Source: Thalia democratica
Taxonomy: Eukaryota
Length of the DNA: 64,000 bases
Reading direction: 5' to 3'
NCBI GenBank assembly: GCA_965202585.1
Contig: OZ241832.1
Span: forward strand, 35,898,001 to 35,962,000
Shown: one piece after another, positions 11,473 through 25,216 of the stretch
Numbering within the stretch: the stretch's first letter is position 1
Layout: each line of letters begins with the position of its first letter
Notes under the pieces: generated by a model
Databases searched by the model: none
Told to the model about the DNA's origin: nothing
Seen by the model: the letters and a program-made list of their open reading frames with translations, nothing else
Position numbers and translations under genes: made by a program

Positions 11473-14400
11473 ATGATAACTAAAGTATTTTTGCTTGTTT
11501 CTTGTTTAATTGGTCTTTCTTATGGACTTGAAGTGAAGGGTGATGAAGTTTACGTCGATTTTAGTAAATAAGTTTTAATTGTTCAAATATGTTAAATAGA
11601 TATAAATAACGAATATAAAGCTAATTGAAAGTAAAAGCTGAAAAAGTTATGAAAATTAGCTGTTTAAATATATAATCGGTATTTTTTTTTGTTGTCGTAA
11701 GTTTTTTATTAAGTTTTAAGTACTATCACATTGTAAACTTAAGTGCTAGTTTTATCTGAATATAATGAATATTGAAGTAATTGATTTTTTGTAGAAGAAC
11801 ACCCGGCCACAGCAAATGGAATAGTCAAAGAAGTGAAAAATTTAAAAATTGGCGATATTTCTGGTGATAAAAATGGATACAGCTATAAATTGACCAAGTG
11901 AATTGATTTAGATGTATCATTTATAATTAATACGTACTACAATAAAGTAGACATTAAATTAAGAAGGAAGGAAGTAAAAAACACTACCGTTTAACTATTA
12001 AATAAATAAACAAAAGTATATAGTTGTCATAACTAAGTAATACAAACGTAAAAATAAAAATAAAGTTATGAGCTGTATTGTTTTTATACAACATGTATAT
12101 GTGTCGTTTCAAATAATTTTGTATAAAAAAAAATATTTATTTAAACTTTTAATTCATTAAAAAAAATTTCCATATAACCAACTAAGAAACTATTAGTGGT
12201 TAAAGTGTGAAGTATATGAAGTTTTATTTTAGTTTGCTAAGAACTTAAGAAAAGTATTATAACTAAATTTTAACTTTACCTATTGTCCTGGACAAAACAT
12301 TAAACTGTATCCATAGTGTATGACGCAATAATCAAACGGTTTTTCGTACACCAGGTCCTTGGACTAAACTTATTGGTGCTTTATTTTTTGTCGTTCAATA
12401 AACAATATATACCAAAAAAAAAGAAAGTTTTATTTTTACAGTGTGAAGGTTAATTCATTTTTTGGGGACAAAATAAAAGTCAAACAAAATTCAGCAACTG
12501 ATTATCTTGCTCAGTTACAAAACGGTGAGGTTCATCTTTCTGGAAGTGTTAGAGTGTCAAAGAAAATTTCTGTTACAGTCGGGTAATACAATAAAAATTT
12601 TAAAGTTTAAATAAAAATTTCAAATATAAAATTTTAAACCTTCAAGTAAAATGAATTAAAAACTAAAATAAAAAAATCATAGTTTGGAGATAACAATTAA
12701 AATCTATGTTTTTTTTTTTATCTGTTAAGTTACTTAAAAAGTTGTCAAGAGTACTGTAATACATTGTGTGCTACATTTTATTTCAACCTAAGTTTTATCT
12801 TACTTTTGTAATTATAAACTAAGTAAAAGTTTATTTAAAAGTCATACTACTATAAAAACAAATGTAAAATGTTTCTTAAGCTATATTCACATTCATTTTT
12901 GGAAGTTCTAGTATTGTATTAATTAAGAGTATAAGTATTTTTTTCATAATATAAAAACTAAACTAAATTTTAAGATGCTGATAAAATCATTTTAATTTTC
13001 CTTAACTATTTGTAGTTATTTGTTAAGTATAAAACTTAAAAATTTTTATTCAACTTAGCTATTAACTTATTTTTTTATAGCTTACATTTTCAAACAGATC
13101 TTTAAAAGACTATTTGGTACAAGTAACCCTTAAAGAATAGTTTATTTTTTTTAAGTTGTTATGTACTAATTTTTAAAGTTTATTTGTAGGTAAGTTTTCT
13201 GTTTTAAAATTATTATACTCTTTTTTTAGAAGAACAAAATTTTAAATTTTTTATACAGTTTATAATATTTAAAATAATTCAAAAGTTTATGAAACGGAAA
13301 GCTTTTAAAAAGCATTTAATAAATGTACTGTTTCATTTATTAAAATTATTATTAAATTAAGTATATGTAGTTTTTTTTATCTATAATACTGTGTAAACAA
13401 ATCTTTGCAAATGTAACTGCATAATACTAAAAGGTATAAAAAATTTATTTTACAACTTATTGCATTAAGTTTGTTTTATTTATAAGATTCAGTAACTATT
13501 GATAAAAATATCAGATTTTGGAAATGGAAAAAGACTATATCCAAAACTATATCAGCCTCAGCAACTGCTAATGTGTATCTCAAGCGAGTTTATGTATCTC
13601 AAAATGTTAAAATTCAATTTGTTGGTGGTAAAATAAAGGTAGAGACGTTTTTTTAGACTTTTTTACCAAAACTTTTCGCATTTAGTTCTTAATTCAATAC
13701 AGATTTTATTATTTGAATAAATTCATTTGATGAAAAAACATTACATAACTTTAATATGAGTTAAAAAGACTTATAAAATAATTAAACAAACAACTTTTAA
13801 ATATAAAAGTCATCATATTGTCTTGTCAATGTTACACTAGTTGAAAAAAATGCTTAGTTTATGAACCTCTATGATTTATAACAAAATTTAAAGTATGTAT
13901 AAAACACATTTACACTTGAAACAAGCGCAAAAAAAAAGTAAGTTAAAAATGTATATGAATGATCTCTTTATTTTAGTGCGCTTAACCTACAAAAGACACA
14001 AAAAACGGCTAAGGATCTAAACCGTTAAGTAAAGACTTTTAATACTTTTTAAGACTGTTGAACTCAAAGGTAAAAAATGTAATTAAAACTATAACTAGTT
14101 CTATAAAGTTTTAACTTTATTTCAGACTCAGCCCGGTACCTGTTCAACTAAAATATATTCCCATAAGATAAATTTTGAAGCAAAAGACGCTTTCTCCAAA
14201 CTTATCGCTGGTATTACTAAGTTTCTTTCAAAATTGTTCAGCGGGAAAGTACGGGACTTCATGCAGAAAAAAGTGAGCTACTTTGAAATTAAATTAATTA
14301 AATCGTTAAGTTTTTTTAAGCTTCATTTTAAGATAAAATATACTTAAAGTAAGCTTTGTTTTTTAAGTGAAAATACAGAATGTTTTTTTTTAACTCTAAA

Positions 14401-14674
14401 CAAAATTACAAATTTGACTTATTACAACTATTTACTATAACACAGTATTCAACATTTAAAACAAGCGAAACTTGCTTTTTAATTTTACTGCTACACACTT
14501 TGATTTGTAAGTGTGTTGCCTATACAAACTAACAAGCAAGTTTTTAAAATTTTTATCATCACTGAAATAGTTCTGATTCTTTGTTATTATTCACAGCTGT
14601 GTTCTGCTATCGGAAAATCGTTAAGCAAGCTAGCAGTAGACATGGATATATTAAACGCGCTTGGTGGTCTATGA
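11473..14674 (+). CDS. Secreted single-domain BPI/LBP-like (TULIP) protein A1, 227 aa, cationic
   Basis: Exons 11473-11563, 11795-11897, 12442-12582, 13515-13638, 14126-14272, 14597-14674; all GT-AG, phases 1,2,2,0,0; total 684 nt, open. MITKVFLLVSCLIGLSYG|LEVKGDEVYVDFKEHPATANGIVKEVKNLKIGDISGDKNGYSYKLTNVKVNSFFGDKIKVKQNSATDYLAQLQNGEVHLSGSVRVSKKISVTVGFWKWKKTISKTISASATANVYLKRVYVSQNVKIQFVGGKIKTQPGTCSTKIYSHKINFEAKDAFSKLIAGITKFLSKLFSGKVRDFMQKKLCSAIGKSLSKLAVDMDILNALGGL. Signal peptide, L-K-I-x-D-I-S-G...Y-S-Y motif and the two Cys align with the BPI N-domain. Confidence 0.88.
12313..12405 (+). repeat. Dispersed hairpin repeat copy in intron 2 of A1
   Basis: agtgtatgacgc...tcgtacaccaggtccttggactaaac...aataaacaa. 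Confidence 0.7.
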
Positions 14675-15810
14675 TTCCGCTGGGAACAGTAGTCTCACAG
14701 GTAAAAACATTGTTTGGGTCATATACTCAAGCAAGTTTACTTTTTATTGTTTAAATGTCATCAGATTTGTGTAACAATGGTTTTAGTTTAGATGTTTGTC
14801 TTAACAAAAACATTTTTAAGAAATATTGTAGGTTATGTTGAAATGTAATTTATCTTAACATAATTCAAATTTTACTTATGAATAAAAATGTTTTATTTTT
14901 TAAATTTCCCTTTCATGTTCTTTTTGCTCAGTTTTACAAAGTGTTACTTTCTCGGTAATAAAATACTATTACTTTAGTATAACTTAAATTTTAGCTTTTG
15001 ATTGAGTTATTGCTAATTAGTTGTTTTAAATGCAGTAAAGTTTTTTAGATCGACCGTATCTGTTTTTGTTTAATACATCATATAAATGTGTGTTTGTTCA
15101 GTAACTTATATTTCTAGTTGTTGTATTTTTATCTATTCATCGTAATTAGTTTTACTTAATATTTCACTTAAGTTATCTCTGTCAAAACTACTCTATAAGT
15201 TTTAATTAAGTATAGAAGTAAGCAAATATTAAAATCAAAATTTTTAAATCACTTTTCATAAGTTTAAATACTGTACCTGTAATATATTATTCTCTAACGG
15301 ATGTTTTATTAAATACTTTCTAGTATATTTTGAACAATCTGATTGTTATTATGAGCTTAATACTATTTAGTTTATGGTTTTTCGTTTACTGATTAACTTT
15401 GAATAAATAATTTAATAATGTTAAAGCTTATTTATTAAACTAACATGTGTAGAAATAATGTTTAGAAATTCACAACTGAGTGAAACTCACTGATTTATTC
15501 TTTTTAAACTGGCAATCTGATAAATATAGTTCACGATTTTAACATACAACTTGATCTTTTTTCAAAGCCTTATTAGAGAAACAATGTTTAGTACAAAGCG
15601 GCTATAACTATTTGCAGAAAAAAGAAAACACATACAAATTTATAGTTGGTCAAAAAAGGGTAAAAACTCTAAAAAAAATGTTATAAGCTTAATGTAGGTT
15701 TTTTTATAAAACTCAGTTATTTAAGCTAACAAAGCTTTTTTTGCTTTACTGTCACAGGTTTAGCTGCTTTAGAAAAAAAAAATAACCAGAGTTATTATGT
15801 GAGTATAAAT

Positions 15811-16590
15811 TTGACATCTACCGGATCCGGATATATTTTAAAATTTAAGATCCTGTCGAATCAGGATCCTAAATTTTTTATATATGTATATATAAAGAAT
15901 AAAGTATCTAAAATATTAGGTTACTATAACTTTAAGAGGCAGCAGTTGTTCACCAAATTTTTTAAGTTTTTGCATAATTTTTTCATACTACTGTATATTA
16001 TTTTTCATCTTAATTCTGAACCAATCTAAAAATGAATTCATTTTGTAAAGTTAAAAGTAAAAAAATAAAAAATCTTGATGAACAATTGCTGCCTCTTAAA
16101 GTTATAGTAACAAAGTATTGAATGAGCTGTATTTTTTTGAGTTTTTATATAATTCAATATATTCAAATGAGAATAACATAGTTAAATTAAAATTGTAAAG
16201 ACCTTTAACAAGTTAAAAAACATTAAAATTTAAATATATGTTTTATATTTAAAAAATAAAATATTTTAAATTTATATAGAACTAAATTATAAAGTCAGAA
16301 GAAAAATCCAACCTGCAAGAAATTTAAATTAACAATTCACTATTTTTCTCTAATGGATTTATGTACCTAAATGTTTACAACAAATGATTGAACTAACTAA
16401 ACTTTAATTAATCTGTTTTGCTTGACTAGTTTTATATGTATTACATATTCAAAATGATAAAACTGAAAGAAGCTGATCGCGGAAAACAAAGTCTTTCCAA
16501 ACTAACTGGATCCGGATAAGGCCAAATCTCAGCTAAGATCCGACCAGATCCGGTTCCAAGCAAAAAATGGCCGGATACGGTAGATCACTA
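15811..16590. mobile_element. hAT-type MITE, older than the tandem duplication, with a nested small MITE
   Basis: Ends ttgacatctaccgg / cggtagatcacta; ccggatcc subterminal repeats; flanks gtataaat / gtgtaaat (8 bp TSD, one mismatch; perfect in the unit 2 copy). Confidence 0.75.
15920..16111. mobile_element. Small MITE with ~33 bp terminal inverted repeats
   Basis: gttactataactttaagaggcagcagttgttca at 15920 versus tgaacaattgctgcctcttaaagttatagtaac ending 16111; duplicated at 24544-24736. Confidence 0.75.
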
Positions 16591-18390
16591 GTGTAAATAT
16601 GATAAACGTAAAAATTTATTAAAACCAGTGTTTTAAGGAAAATAAAAACTTGTTGAAGAATTCATCAAAAGTATAAGCAACTTAGATTTAACAGTGTTTA
16701 ATGCGTTAATTATTATTATTAATCTATTTTAAGGCATTTTTTTTTGTATTTTATAAAAATTATTTTTGTAAATATATTGTTACTTAAAGATAAAAAAAAA
16801 AACACCAAAAACTAAATTAAAAAGAATAATCTAATAGACACACACTGAAAAGTTCTGAAGGTTTTTGTCATTTAAGAAGCAATCTACTTAGCTACACAAA
16901 ATCCTAACCCGAACAAACCAGCTCAAACATTATGTCAGTTTTTAAACCAGAAGCAGACTGCCAGGGTTAAAGTTTAAACCATTGTCCAAAAAACAAATAG
17001 TCGGGGTGCCTTAAGTTTAAAATACTGAAAAGTTAATATTCTGAGGAAAATTTAAACACAAAATATGAAGTAAAAAAAGTAAAATATTTGAAAATAAACA
17101 ATACTTATGTTAGTTAGATGAAATGCAATATTTTTTGACCAATTAACACATATTGCTTACGAGCGAAAAGTTTTATACATTAAACTGTCAGTATTGTGGT
17201 TAACACAGTATCATGAGCAATAACTATTTTAATATTTACACTACTTATAGTCTAATTTTGGTCCAAATAATAAAAAAAGTTTAGTTTTTTGTTAAACCAA
17301 ACATTTTCTGCTTAGAACCCGTGTTTGAATATATTTAAAAATATATATAAATAAAAATATTTAAACTGCTTTATCCAACACTTCATTAAGCTAAGTAAAT
17401 ATGAATATTTTTTTCTGTAGTTAACGATAAAATAAAACGAAACGAGTTAAAATGATTTGCAAGTTTATAAAAAAAACTACGTTGAGTAACTAAAGGCATC
17501 TTTAGAAAATATATTTTACCGTTTCTATTAAAACAATAAAAACTCCGACAAATTTATTATATATTCAAAATATCTAAAATTTTTACTACATAAAGCTTTT
17601 AATTCATAATATTAACTAAAAAAACGTTTCAAGTACTGTAGTTAAATTAGTTCTAAGTAAAATAATAAAAATTACGAAAATTATAGCTGTTAGATTTTCA
17701 TTTGTATACACCTTTTCGGGAGTGAGTTTTACTATAAATGCATTAAAGCAAAATTCATTTTGCCAAAACAGTTTAAAAATACTTATGACTTTAGGAGTGT
17801 GGTACAAAAACGCTTAGTATCGCTAAAAATTTATTCTAAAATAACTTGAGAAGTTTTGATGTATAACTGTTATTATAGCAGCATAGTTTAAACTTGTTTT
17901 TTGTTTACTAATATACAAAATTAAGTGTTTGTTTCTTGAGTTTGATAATTATTTTATAGAAACATGTTTATTCACTTCTAAACAAACCTTTTATATTTGT
18001 TTATAATGTTTATATGTTTAAAATATTATGCAAGGACTGTAGTTTCCGGAATTAAACTACATGTTTTACGAAAACACAGTTTTAATCGATAAGTGATATT
18101 TATTTAAGCGAGTAATATTAGAAACATGTTACTAATCTATTTAAACTCGGTTTTAAGTGTTAAAAATTTTTTTATCAAGTTTTAAAATTCTATGCCCTTA
18201 AGTCTTTTGGAGCAAGTAAAACTGTGTTTGATTGTAAAACATGTGGTCTTTTAATTTCCGCTACTACTATATTACTTACGTAAAACATTAAACTTGTTAA
18301 CGTACACCAAACAGCCTTTTTTTTTGGATTTTAGTATAAAAGAAAAACAATTAACTAATCTTGTCACAATTTATTCCCACATCTAGAAGT

Positions 18391-21300
18391 ATGATAACTA
18401 AAATATTTTTGCTTGTTTCTTGTTTAATTGGTCTTTCTTATGGACTTGAAGTGAAGGGTGATAAAGTTTACATCGATTTTAGTAAATAAGTTTTAATTAA
18501 ACAAATATATTAAATAAATATAAATAACGAATATAAAGCTAATTGAAAGTAAAAGCTGAAACAGTTACCAAAAGTAGCTGTTTAAATATATAATCGGTAT
18601 TTTTTTTTGTTGTGGTAAGTTTTTTATTAAGTTTTAAGTACTATTACATTGTAAACTTAAGTGCTAGTTTTATCTGAATGTAATGAATATTGAAGTAATT
18701 GATTTTTTGCAGAAGAACACCCGGCCACAGCAAATGGAATAATCAAAGAAGTGAAAAATTTAAAAATTGGCGATATTTCTGGTGATAAAAATGGATACAG
18801 CTATAAATTGACCAAGTGAATTGAGTTAGATGTAACATTTATAATTAATACGTACTACAATAAAGTAGACATTAAATTAAGAAGGAAGGAAGTAAAAAAC
18901 ACTACCGTTTAACTATTAAATAAATAAACAAAAGTATATAGTTGTCATAACTAAGTAATACAAACGTAAAAATAAAAATAAAGTTATGAGCTGTATTGTT
19001 TTTATACAACATGTATATGTGTCGTTTCTAATAATGTTGTATAAAAAAAATTTGTTATGTAAACTTTTAATTATTTAGAAAAAAATTCCACTTAACCAAT
19101 AAGAAACTATTAGTGTTTTAAGTGTGAAGTATATGAAGTTATATTTTAGTTTGCTAAGAACTTGAGAAAAGTATTATAACTAAATTTTACCTTTACCTAT
19201 TGTCCTTAACAAAACATTAAACTGTATCCATGGTGTATGACGCAATAATCAAACGGTTTTTCGTACACCAGGTCCTTGGACTAAACTTATAAGCGCTTTA
19301 TTTTTTGTCGTTCAATTAACAATATATACCAAAAAAAAAGAAAGTTTTATTTTTACAGTGTGAAGGTTAATTCATTTTTTGGGGACAAAATAAAAGTCAA
19401 ACAAAATTCAGCAACTGATTATCTTGCTCAGTTACAAAACGGTGAGGTTCATCTTTCTGGAAGTGTTAGAGTGTCAAAGAAAATTTCTGTTACAGTCGGG
19501 TAATACAATAAGAATTTTAAAGTTTAAATAAAAATTTCAAATATAAAATTTTAAACCTTCAAGTAAAATGAATTAATAACTAAAATAAAAAATCATAGTT
19601 TGGAAATAATAATTAAAATCTATGTTTTTTTTTCTATCTGTTAAGTTACTTACAAAGTTGTCAATAGTACTGTTATACATTGTGTGCTACATTTTATTTC
19701 AACCTAAGTTTTCTCTCACTTTTGTAATTGTAAACTAAGTAAAAGTTTATTTAAAAGTCATACTACTATTAAAACAAATGTAAAATGTTTCTTAAGCTAT
19801 ATCCACATTCATTTTTGGAAGTTCTAGTATTGTATTAATTTAGAGTTTAAGTATTTTTTTAATAATATAAAAACTAAACTAAATTTTAAGATGCTGATAA
19901 AAGCGTTTTAATTTTCGTTAACTTTTTGTAGTTATTTGTTAATTTAAAACTTAAAATTTTTATTCAACTTAGCTATTAACTTATTTTCTATAGCTTACAT
20001 TTTCAAACAGATCTTTAAAAGACTATTTGGGAAAAGTAACCCTTAAAGAATAGTTTATTTTTATTAAGTTGTTATGTACTAGTTTTTAAATTTTATTTGT
20101 AGGTAAGTTTTCTGTTTTAAAATTATTATACTCTTTTTTTAGAAGAACAAAATTTTAAATTTTTTATACAGTTTATAATATTTAAAATAACTCAAAAGTT
20201 TATGAAACGAAAAGCTTTAAAAAGCATTCAATAAATAGGACTGTTTCATTTATTAAAATTATTATTAAATTAAGTATATGTAATTTTTGTTATCTATAAT
20301 ACTGTGTAAACAAATCTTTCCAAATGTAACTGCATAATACTCAAAGATATAAAAAATTTGTTTTACAACTTATTGCATTAAGTTTGTTTTATATATAAGA
20401 TTCAGTAACTATTGATAAAAATATTAGATTTTGGAAATGGAAAAAGACTATATCCAAAACCATATCAGCCTCAGCAACTGCTAATGTGTACCTCAAGCGA
20501 GTTTATGTATCTCAAAATGTTAAAATTCAATTTGTTGGTGGTAAAATAAAGGTAGAGACATTTTTTAGACTTTTTTACCAAAACTTTACGCATTTAGTTC
20601 GTAATTCAATACAGATTTTATTATTTGAATAAATTCATTTGATGGAAAAATATTACATAACCTTAATATGAGTTAAAAAGACTTATAAAATACTTAAACA
20701 AACAACTTTTAAATATAAAAGTCATCATATTGTTTTGTCAATGTTACACTAAAAAAAAAATGCTTAGTTTATGAACCTCTATGATTTATAAAAAAATTTA
20801 AAGTATGTATAAAACACATTTAAACTTGAGATAAGCGCAAAAAAAAAGTAAGTTAAAAATGTATATGAATAATGCCATTATTTATAGTGCGCTTTATTAA
20901 CCTACAAAAAAGACAAAAAACGGCTAAGGATCTGAACCATTAAGTAAAGACTTATAACACTTTTTAAGACTGTTGAACTCAAAGGTAAAAAATGTAATTA
21001 AAACTATAACTAGTTGTATAATATTTTAACTTTATTTCAGACTCAGCCCAGTACCTGTTCAACTAAAATATATTCCCATAAAATAAATTTTGAAGCAAAA
21101 GACGCTTTCTCTAAACTCATCGCTGGTATTACTAAGTTTCTTTCAAAGTTGTTTAGCGGGAAAGTACGGGACTTCATGCAGAAAAAAGTGAGCTCCTTTG
21201 AAATTAACTTAATTAAATCGTAAATTTTTTTTTAGCTTCATTTTAAAATAAAATATATTTAAAGTAAGTTTTGTTTTTTAAGTGAAAATACAGAATGTTT

Positions 21301-21588
21301 TTTTTAACTCTAAACAAAATTACAAATTTGACTTTTTACAACTATTTACTATAACACAGTATTCAACATTTAAAACAAGCGAAACTTGCTTTTTAATTTT
21401 ACTGCTACACACTTTGATTTGTAAGTGTGTTGCCTATACAAATTTTTAAGCAAGTTTTTAAAATTTTTATCATCATTGAAATAGTTCTGACTATTTATTA
21501 TTATTCACAGCTGTGTTCTGCTATCGGAAAATCGTTAAGCAAGCTAGCAGTAGACATGGATATATTAAACGCGCTTGGTGGTCTATGA
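18391..21588 (+). CDS. Secreted single-domain BPI/LBP-like protein A2, 227 aa, cationic
   Basis: Exons 18391-18481, 18713-18815, 19359-19499, 20428-20551, 21041-21187, 21511-21588; GT-AG, open. By hand 12 of 684 nt differ from A1 (5 replacements: V5I, E25K, V28I, V>I in exon 2, G>S in exon 5; 7 silent). Confidence 0.88.
19231..19322 (+). repeat. Dispersed hairpin repeat copy in intron 2 of A2
   Basis: tggtgtatga...tcgtacacca stem followed by ggtccttggact. Confidence 0.7.
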
Positions 21589-22425
21589 TTCCGCTGGGAA
21601 CAGTAGTCTCACAGGTAAAAACATTGTTTTGGGTCATATACTCAAGCATGTTTACTTTTTACTGTTTAAATGTCATCAGATTTGTGTAACAATGGTTTTT
21701 AGTTTAGATATTTGACTTGACAAAAACATTTTTAAGAAATATTGTAGGTTATGTTGAAATGTAATTTATCTTAACATAATTCAATTTTTCACTTATGAAT
21801 AAAAATGATTTTTTTTTAATTTCCTTTTCATGTTCTTTTTGCTCAGTATTACAAAGTGTTACTTTCTCGGTAATAAAATACTATTACTTTAGTATAACTT
21901 AAATTTTAGCTTTTGATTGAGTTATTGCTAATTAGTTGTTTTAAATGCAGTAAAGTTTTATAGATCGACCGTATCTGTTTTTGTTTAATACATTATATAA
22001 GTGTGTGTGTTCAGTAATTTATATTTCTAATTGTTGTATTTTTATCTATTCATCGTAATTAGTTTTACTTAATATTTCACTTAAGTTATATCTGTCAAAA
22101 CTACTCTATAAGTTTTAATTAAGTATAGAAGTAAGCAATTATTAAAGTCAAAATTTTTAAATCACTTTTAGAACCCATTATAGATTTCTTTTTATTTAGC
22201 TTTAAAATACAAAAAAAAAACATAAAATATATAATCGAAATTAATAAAAATATTATTTTATTAGCTTTATTGAAGACAAAGTATCTTGTTTTTAATAAAA
22301 ACGGAAGTTTGAATACTTTACTTATAATAAAATCTGAATAACTGTTACAAAGAATAATATAAAAATAATAAGTCAACTGTCGGTTTTTAATTTTACACAA
22401 TTTTAGCAAGAAGCTACTATACTAA

Positions 22426-23741
22426 TAAGGGTGGGCAATGTACGGCCCGCGAGTGAAAATGACCGGCTTGCAAAGGTCAATATTACAAAATTTTTTTGAA
22501 ACTTTGAACCATAATTTTATAAAAAAAAAACTGTAAGAATTTGACTTTAGAAAACATATTTAAAAATTGAATTTAGATTATTTATAGTGATAAAAACACC
22601 ATTTTGTCGTAGCATTTTGTTTTGTTCAAAACAAGTGGTAGTATCTCTATTTATACTGAATTAAATATCGTCAATAAATATGAAATAAAATATAATTAGT
22701 ATAATAATCCAGCACAAAGATGCCAAAGATAGATGATTTCGAAAACTTAATAAAAAGTTATAAGTTTTAGCTTAAAATATTACACTCAAGTAATTTTTAG
22801 TAATCGAATTTTTGTATTTATAAAATTAGTATTAGTATGTTCAAGGGTAATAACAAACATAGATTTCTAAATACTTAATAAAAATTAATTTAAAATAACA
22901 TATTTGATAGTTATTTCTGAAAAAATTGATTTGAAATAGTGTTCTACTAGATCTATAAATTAGAGAACGGGTCAAAATTGCACGAAGACAAAACTGCATG
23001 AGGTTACTAAATTACACGAGGGGACTAAATTGCACGAGAAAAGATTGCACGAAGCCAAATTTGCACGAGGGCACAAAATTGCACGAAGACAATTTTGCAC
23101 CAAGGGTCAATTTTGCTAGAGTTACATTTTTGCACGAGAGTAAAAGTAGATCATAAAAAAAAAACTAAAATATAAATTTAAAAATAAAATAAATAAATAA
23201 AGCTACTGACCGAGGGTAAGGGTTAGGGGTAACAGTGATAGTAAAAATAAAATAAAATAAAATAACTAATGAAATGATTATTAAAAAATAAAGGTTAAAA
23301 GAAAAAAATTAATAAAAAAAAGCTACCGACAGAGGGTAAGGGTTAGGGGTAACAGTGATAGTAAAAAGAAAAAAACTAAACTAAAATAAAGCTAATTATA
23401 AAAAAACAACTCCTGCAAAAATGTCTCCGTGCAGAATTGTCTGCTCGTGCAAAAGTGTCTTTGTGCAGAAGTGACCCTAAGTGCAAAAGTGTCTTTGTGC
23501 AATTTTATCCCCTCGTGCAAAAGTATATGCGTGCAATTTTGTACACATGTGCAAGTTTGACAGCTGCCCATAAAATTTTTATCCTACCGGATCCAAACTT
23601 TTTTTTCTAGAGTTCTGACCGGATCTTGTTTAAAAACTAGTACCCGGTTGGATCCGTATAATATTTTCAAGTCAGGATCCGGGTCTAAAAAAACATTATC
23701 CGGTCATAATTCCTTCCGATCAAAAATGTTGCCCACCCCTA
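22426..23741. mobile_element. hAT-type MITE inside a ~1.7 kb insertion specific to unit 2
   Basis: TIRs taagggtgggcaa (22426) / ttgcccaccccta (23741). tactatac occurs at 22415-22422 and 23742-23749 (probable 8 bp TSD, offset by 3 nt on the left). Unit 1 is empty at this site (~15256). Confidence 0.7.
22963..23569. mobile_element. MITE with inverted arrays of ~18 bp TTGCAC units and a duplicated gggtaagggttaggggtaacagtgatag core, nested in the hAT MITE
   Basis: Left arm has about nine aaattgcacga-type units, right arm the inverse gtgcaaaa/gtgcaatt units. Termini gagaacgggtcaaaattgcac / gtgcaagtttgacagctgcc. The core is repeated at ~23205 and ~23325. Confidence 0.8.
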
Positions 23742-24435
23742 TACTATACAAAGCATAAAAAAAAAATTGTTTACAAACTTTTCTTGGATCAAAGTAACGA
23801 GTTTTACAACCCTGGTCTTTGGACCTTATAAACATACTGTCTGAGCTGGTTCATTCAGACTTGGATAGTATCAAGGCATAAAATTCATAAGTTTAAATAC
23901 TGATCGTTTAATATATTATTCTCAAACGGATGTTTTATTAAATACTTTCTAGTATATTTTGAACAATCTGTTTGTTATTATGAGCTTAATACTATTTAGT
24001 TTATGGTTTTTCGTTTACTAATTAACTTTGAATAAATAGTTTAATAATGTTTAAGCTTATTTATTAAACTAACATGTGTAGAAATAATGTTTAGAAATTC
24101 ACAACTGAGTGAAACTCACTGAGTTATTCTTTTTAAACTGGCAATCTGATAAATATAGTTCACGATTTTAACATACAACTTGATTTTTTTCAAAGTCTTA
24201 TTCGAGAAACAATGTTTAGTACAAAGCGGCTATAATTATTTGCAGAAAAAAAAACACATACAAATTTATAGTTGGTCAAAAAAGGGTAAAAACTCTAAAA
24301 AAATGGTATAAGCTTAATGTAGGTTTTTTTATAAAACTCAGTTATTTAAGCTAACAAAGCTTTTTTTGCTTTACTGTCACAGGTTTAGCTGCTTTAGAAA
24401 AAAAAAATAACCAGAGTAATTATGTGAGTATAAAT

Positions 24436-25216
24436 TTGACATCTACCGGATCCGGATATTTTTAAAATTTAAGATCCTGTCGAATCAGGATCCTAAATTT
24501 TTTATATATGTATATATAATGAATAAAGTATCTAAAATATTAGGTTACTATAACTTTAAGAGGCAGCAGTTGTTCACCAAATTTTTTAAGTATTTGCATA
24601 ATTTATTCATACTACTGTGTATTATTTTTCATCTAAATTCTGAACCAATCTAAAAATGAATTCATTTTGTAAAATTAAAAGTAAAAAAATAAAAAAATCT
24701 TGTTGAACAATTGCTGCCTCTTAAAGTTATAGTAACAAAATATTAAATGAGCTGTATTTGTTGAGTTTTTATATCATTCAACATATTTAAATGAGAATAA
24801 CATAGTTAAATTAAAAATGTAAAGACCTTTAACAAGTTGAAAAACATTAAAACTTAGATATAAGTTTTATATTATAAAAATAAAATATTTTAAATTTATA
24901 TAGAACTAAATTATAAAGTCAGAAAAAAAATCCAACCTGCAAGAAATTTTAAAATAACGATTCACTATTTTTACTCTAATGGATTTATGTACCTGTATGT
25001 TTACAACAAATCATTGAACTAACTAAACTTTAATTAATCTGTTTCGCTTGACTAGTTTTATATGTATTACATATTCAAAATGATAAAACTGAAAGAAGCT
25101 GATCACGGAAAACAAAGTCTTTCCAAACTAACTAGATCCGGATAAGGCCAAATCTCAGCTAAGATCCGACCAGATCCAGATCCAAGCAAAAAATGGCCGG
25201 ATACGGTAGATCACTA
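24436..25216. mobile_element. hAT-type MITE (unit 2 copy of 15811-16590)
   Basis: Perfect 8 bp TSD gtataaat at 24428-24435 and 25217-25224; right TIR cggtagatcacta. Confidence 0.8.

Larger units (their letters stand above)
10111..17010 (+). repeat. Tandem segmental duplication unit 1 (6900 bp, contains gene A1)
   Basis: Begins ttaagtttaaaatactgaaaagtt (10111, repeated at 17011) and ends caaatagtcggggtg (~17008, repeated at ~26931); collinear with unit 2 throughout. Confidence 0.9.

Noticed and set aside
14675-15760. Possible 3' UTR intron (cag|gtaaaa at 14700; acceptor gtcacag at ~15757) in A1/A2
   Set aside because: Not present in A3 or A5 and cannot be supported without transcripts.
23205-23360. 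gggttaggg as an interstitial telomere
   Set aside because: Only isolated units, inside a duplicated MITE core.
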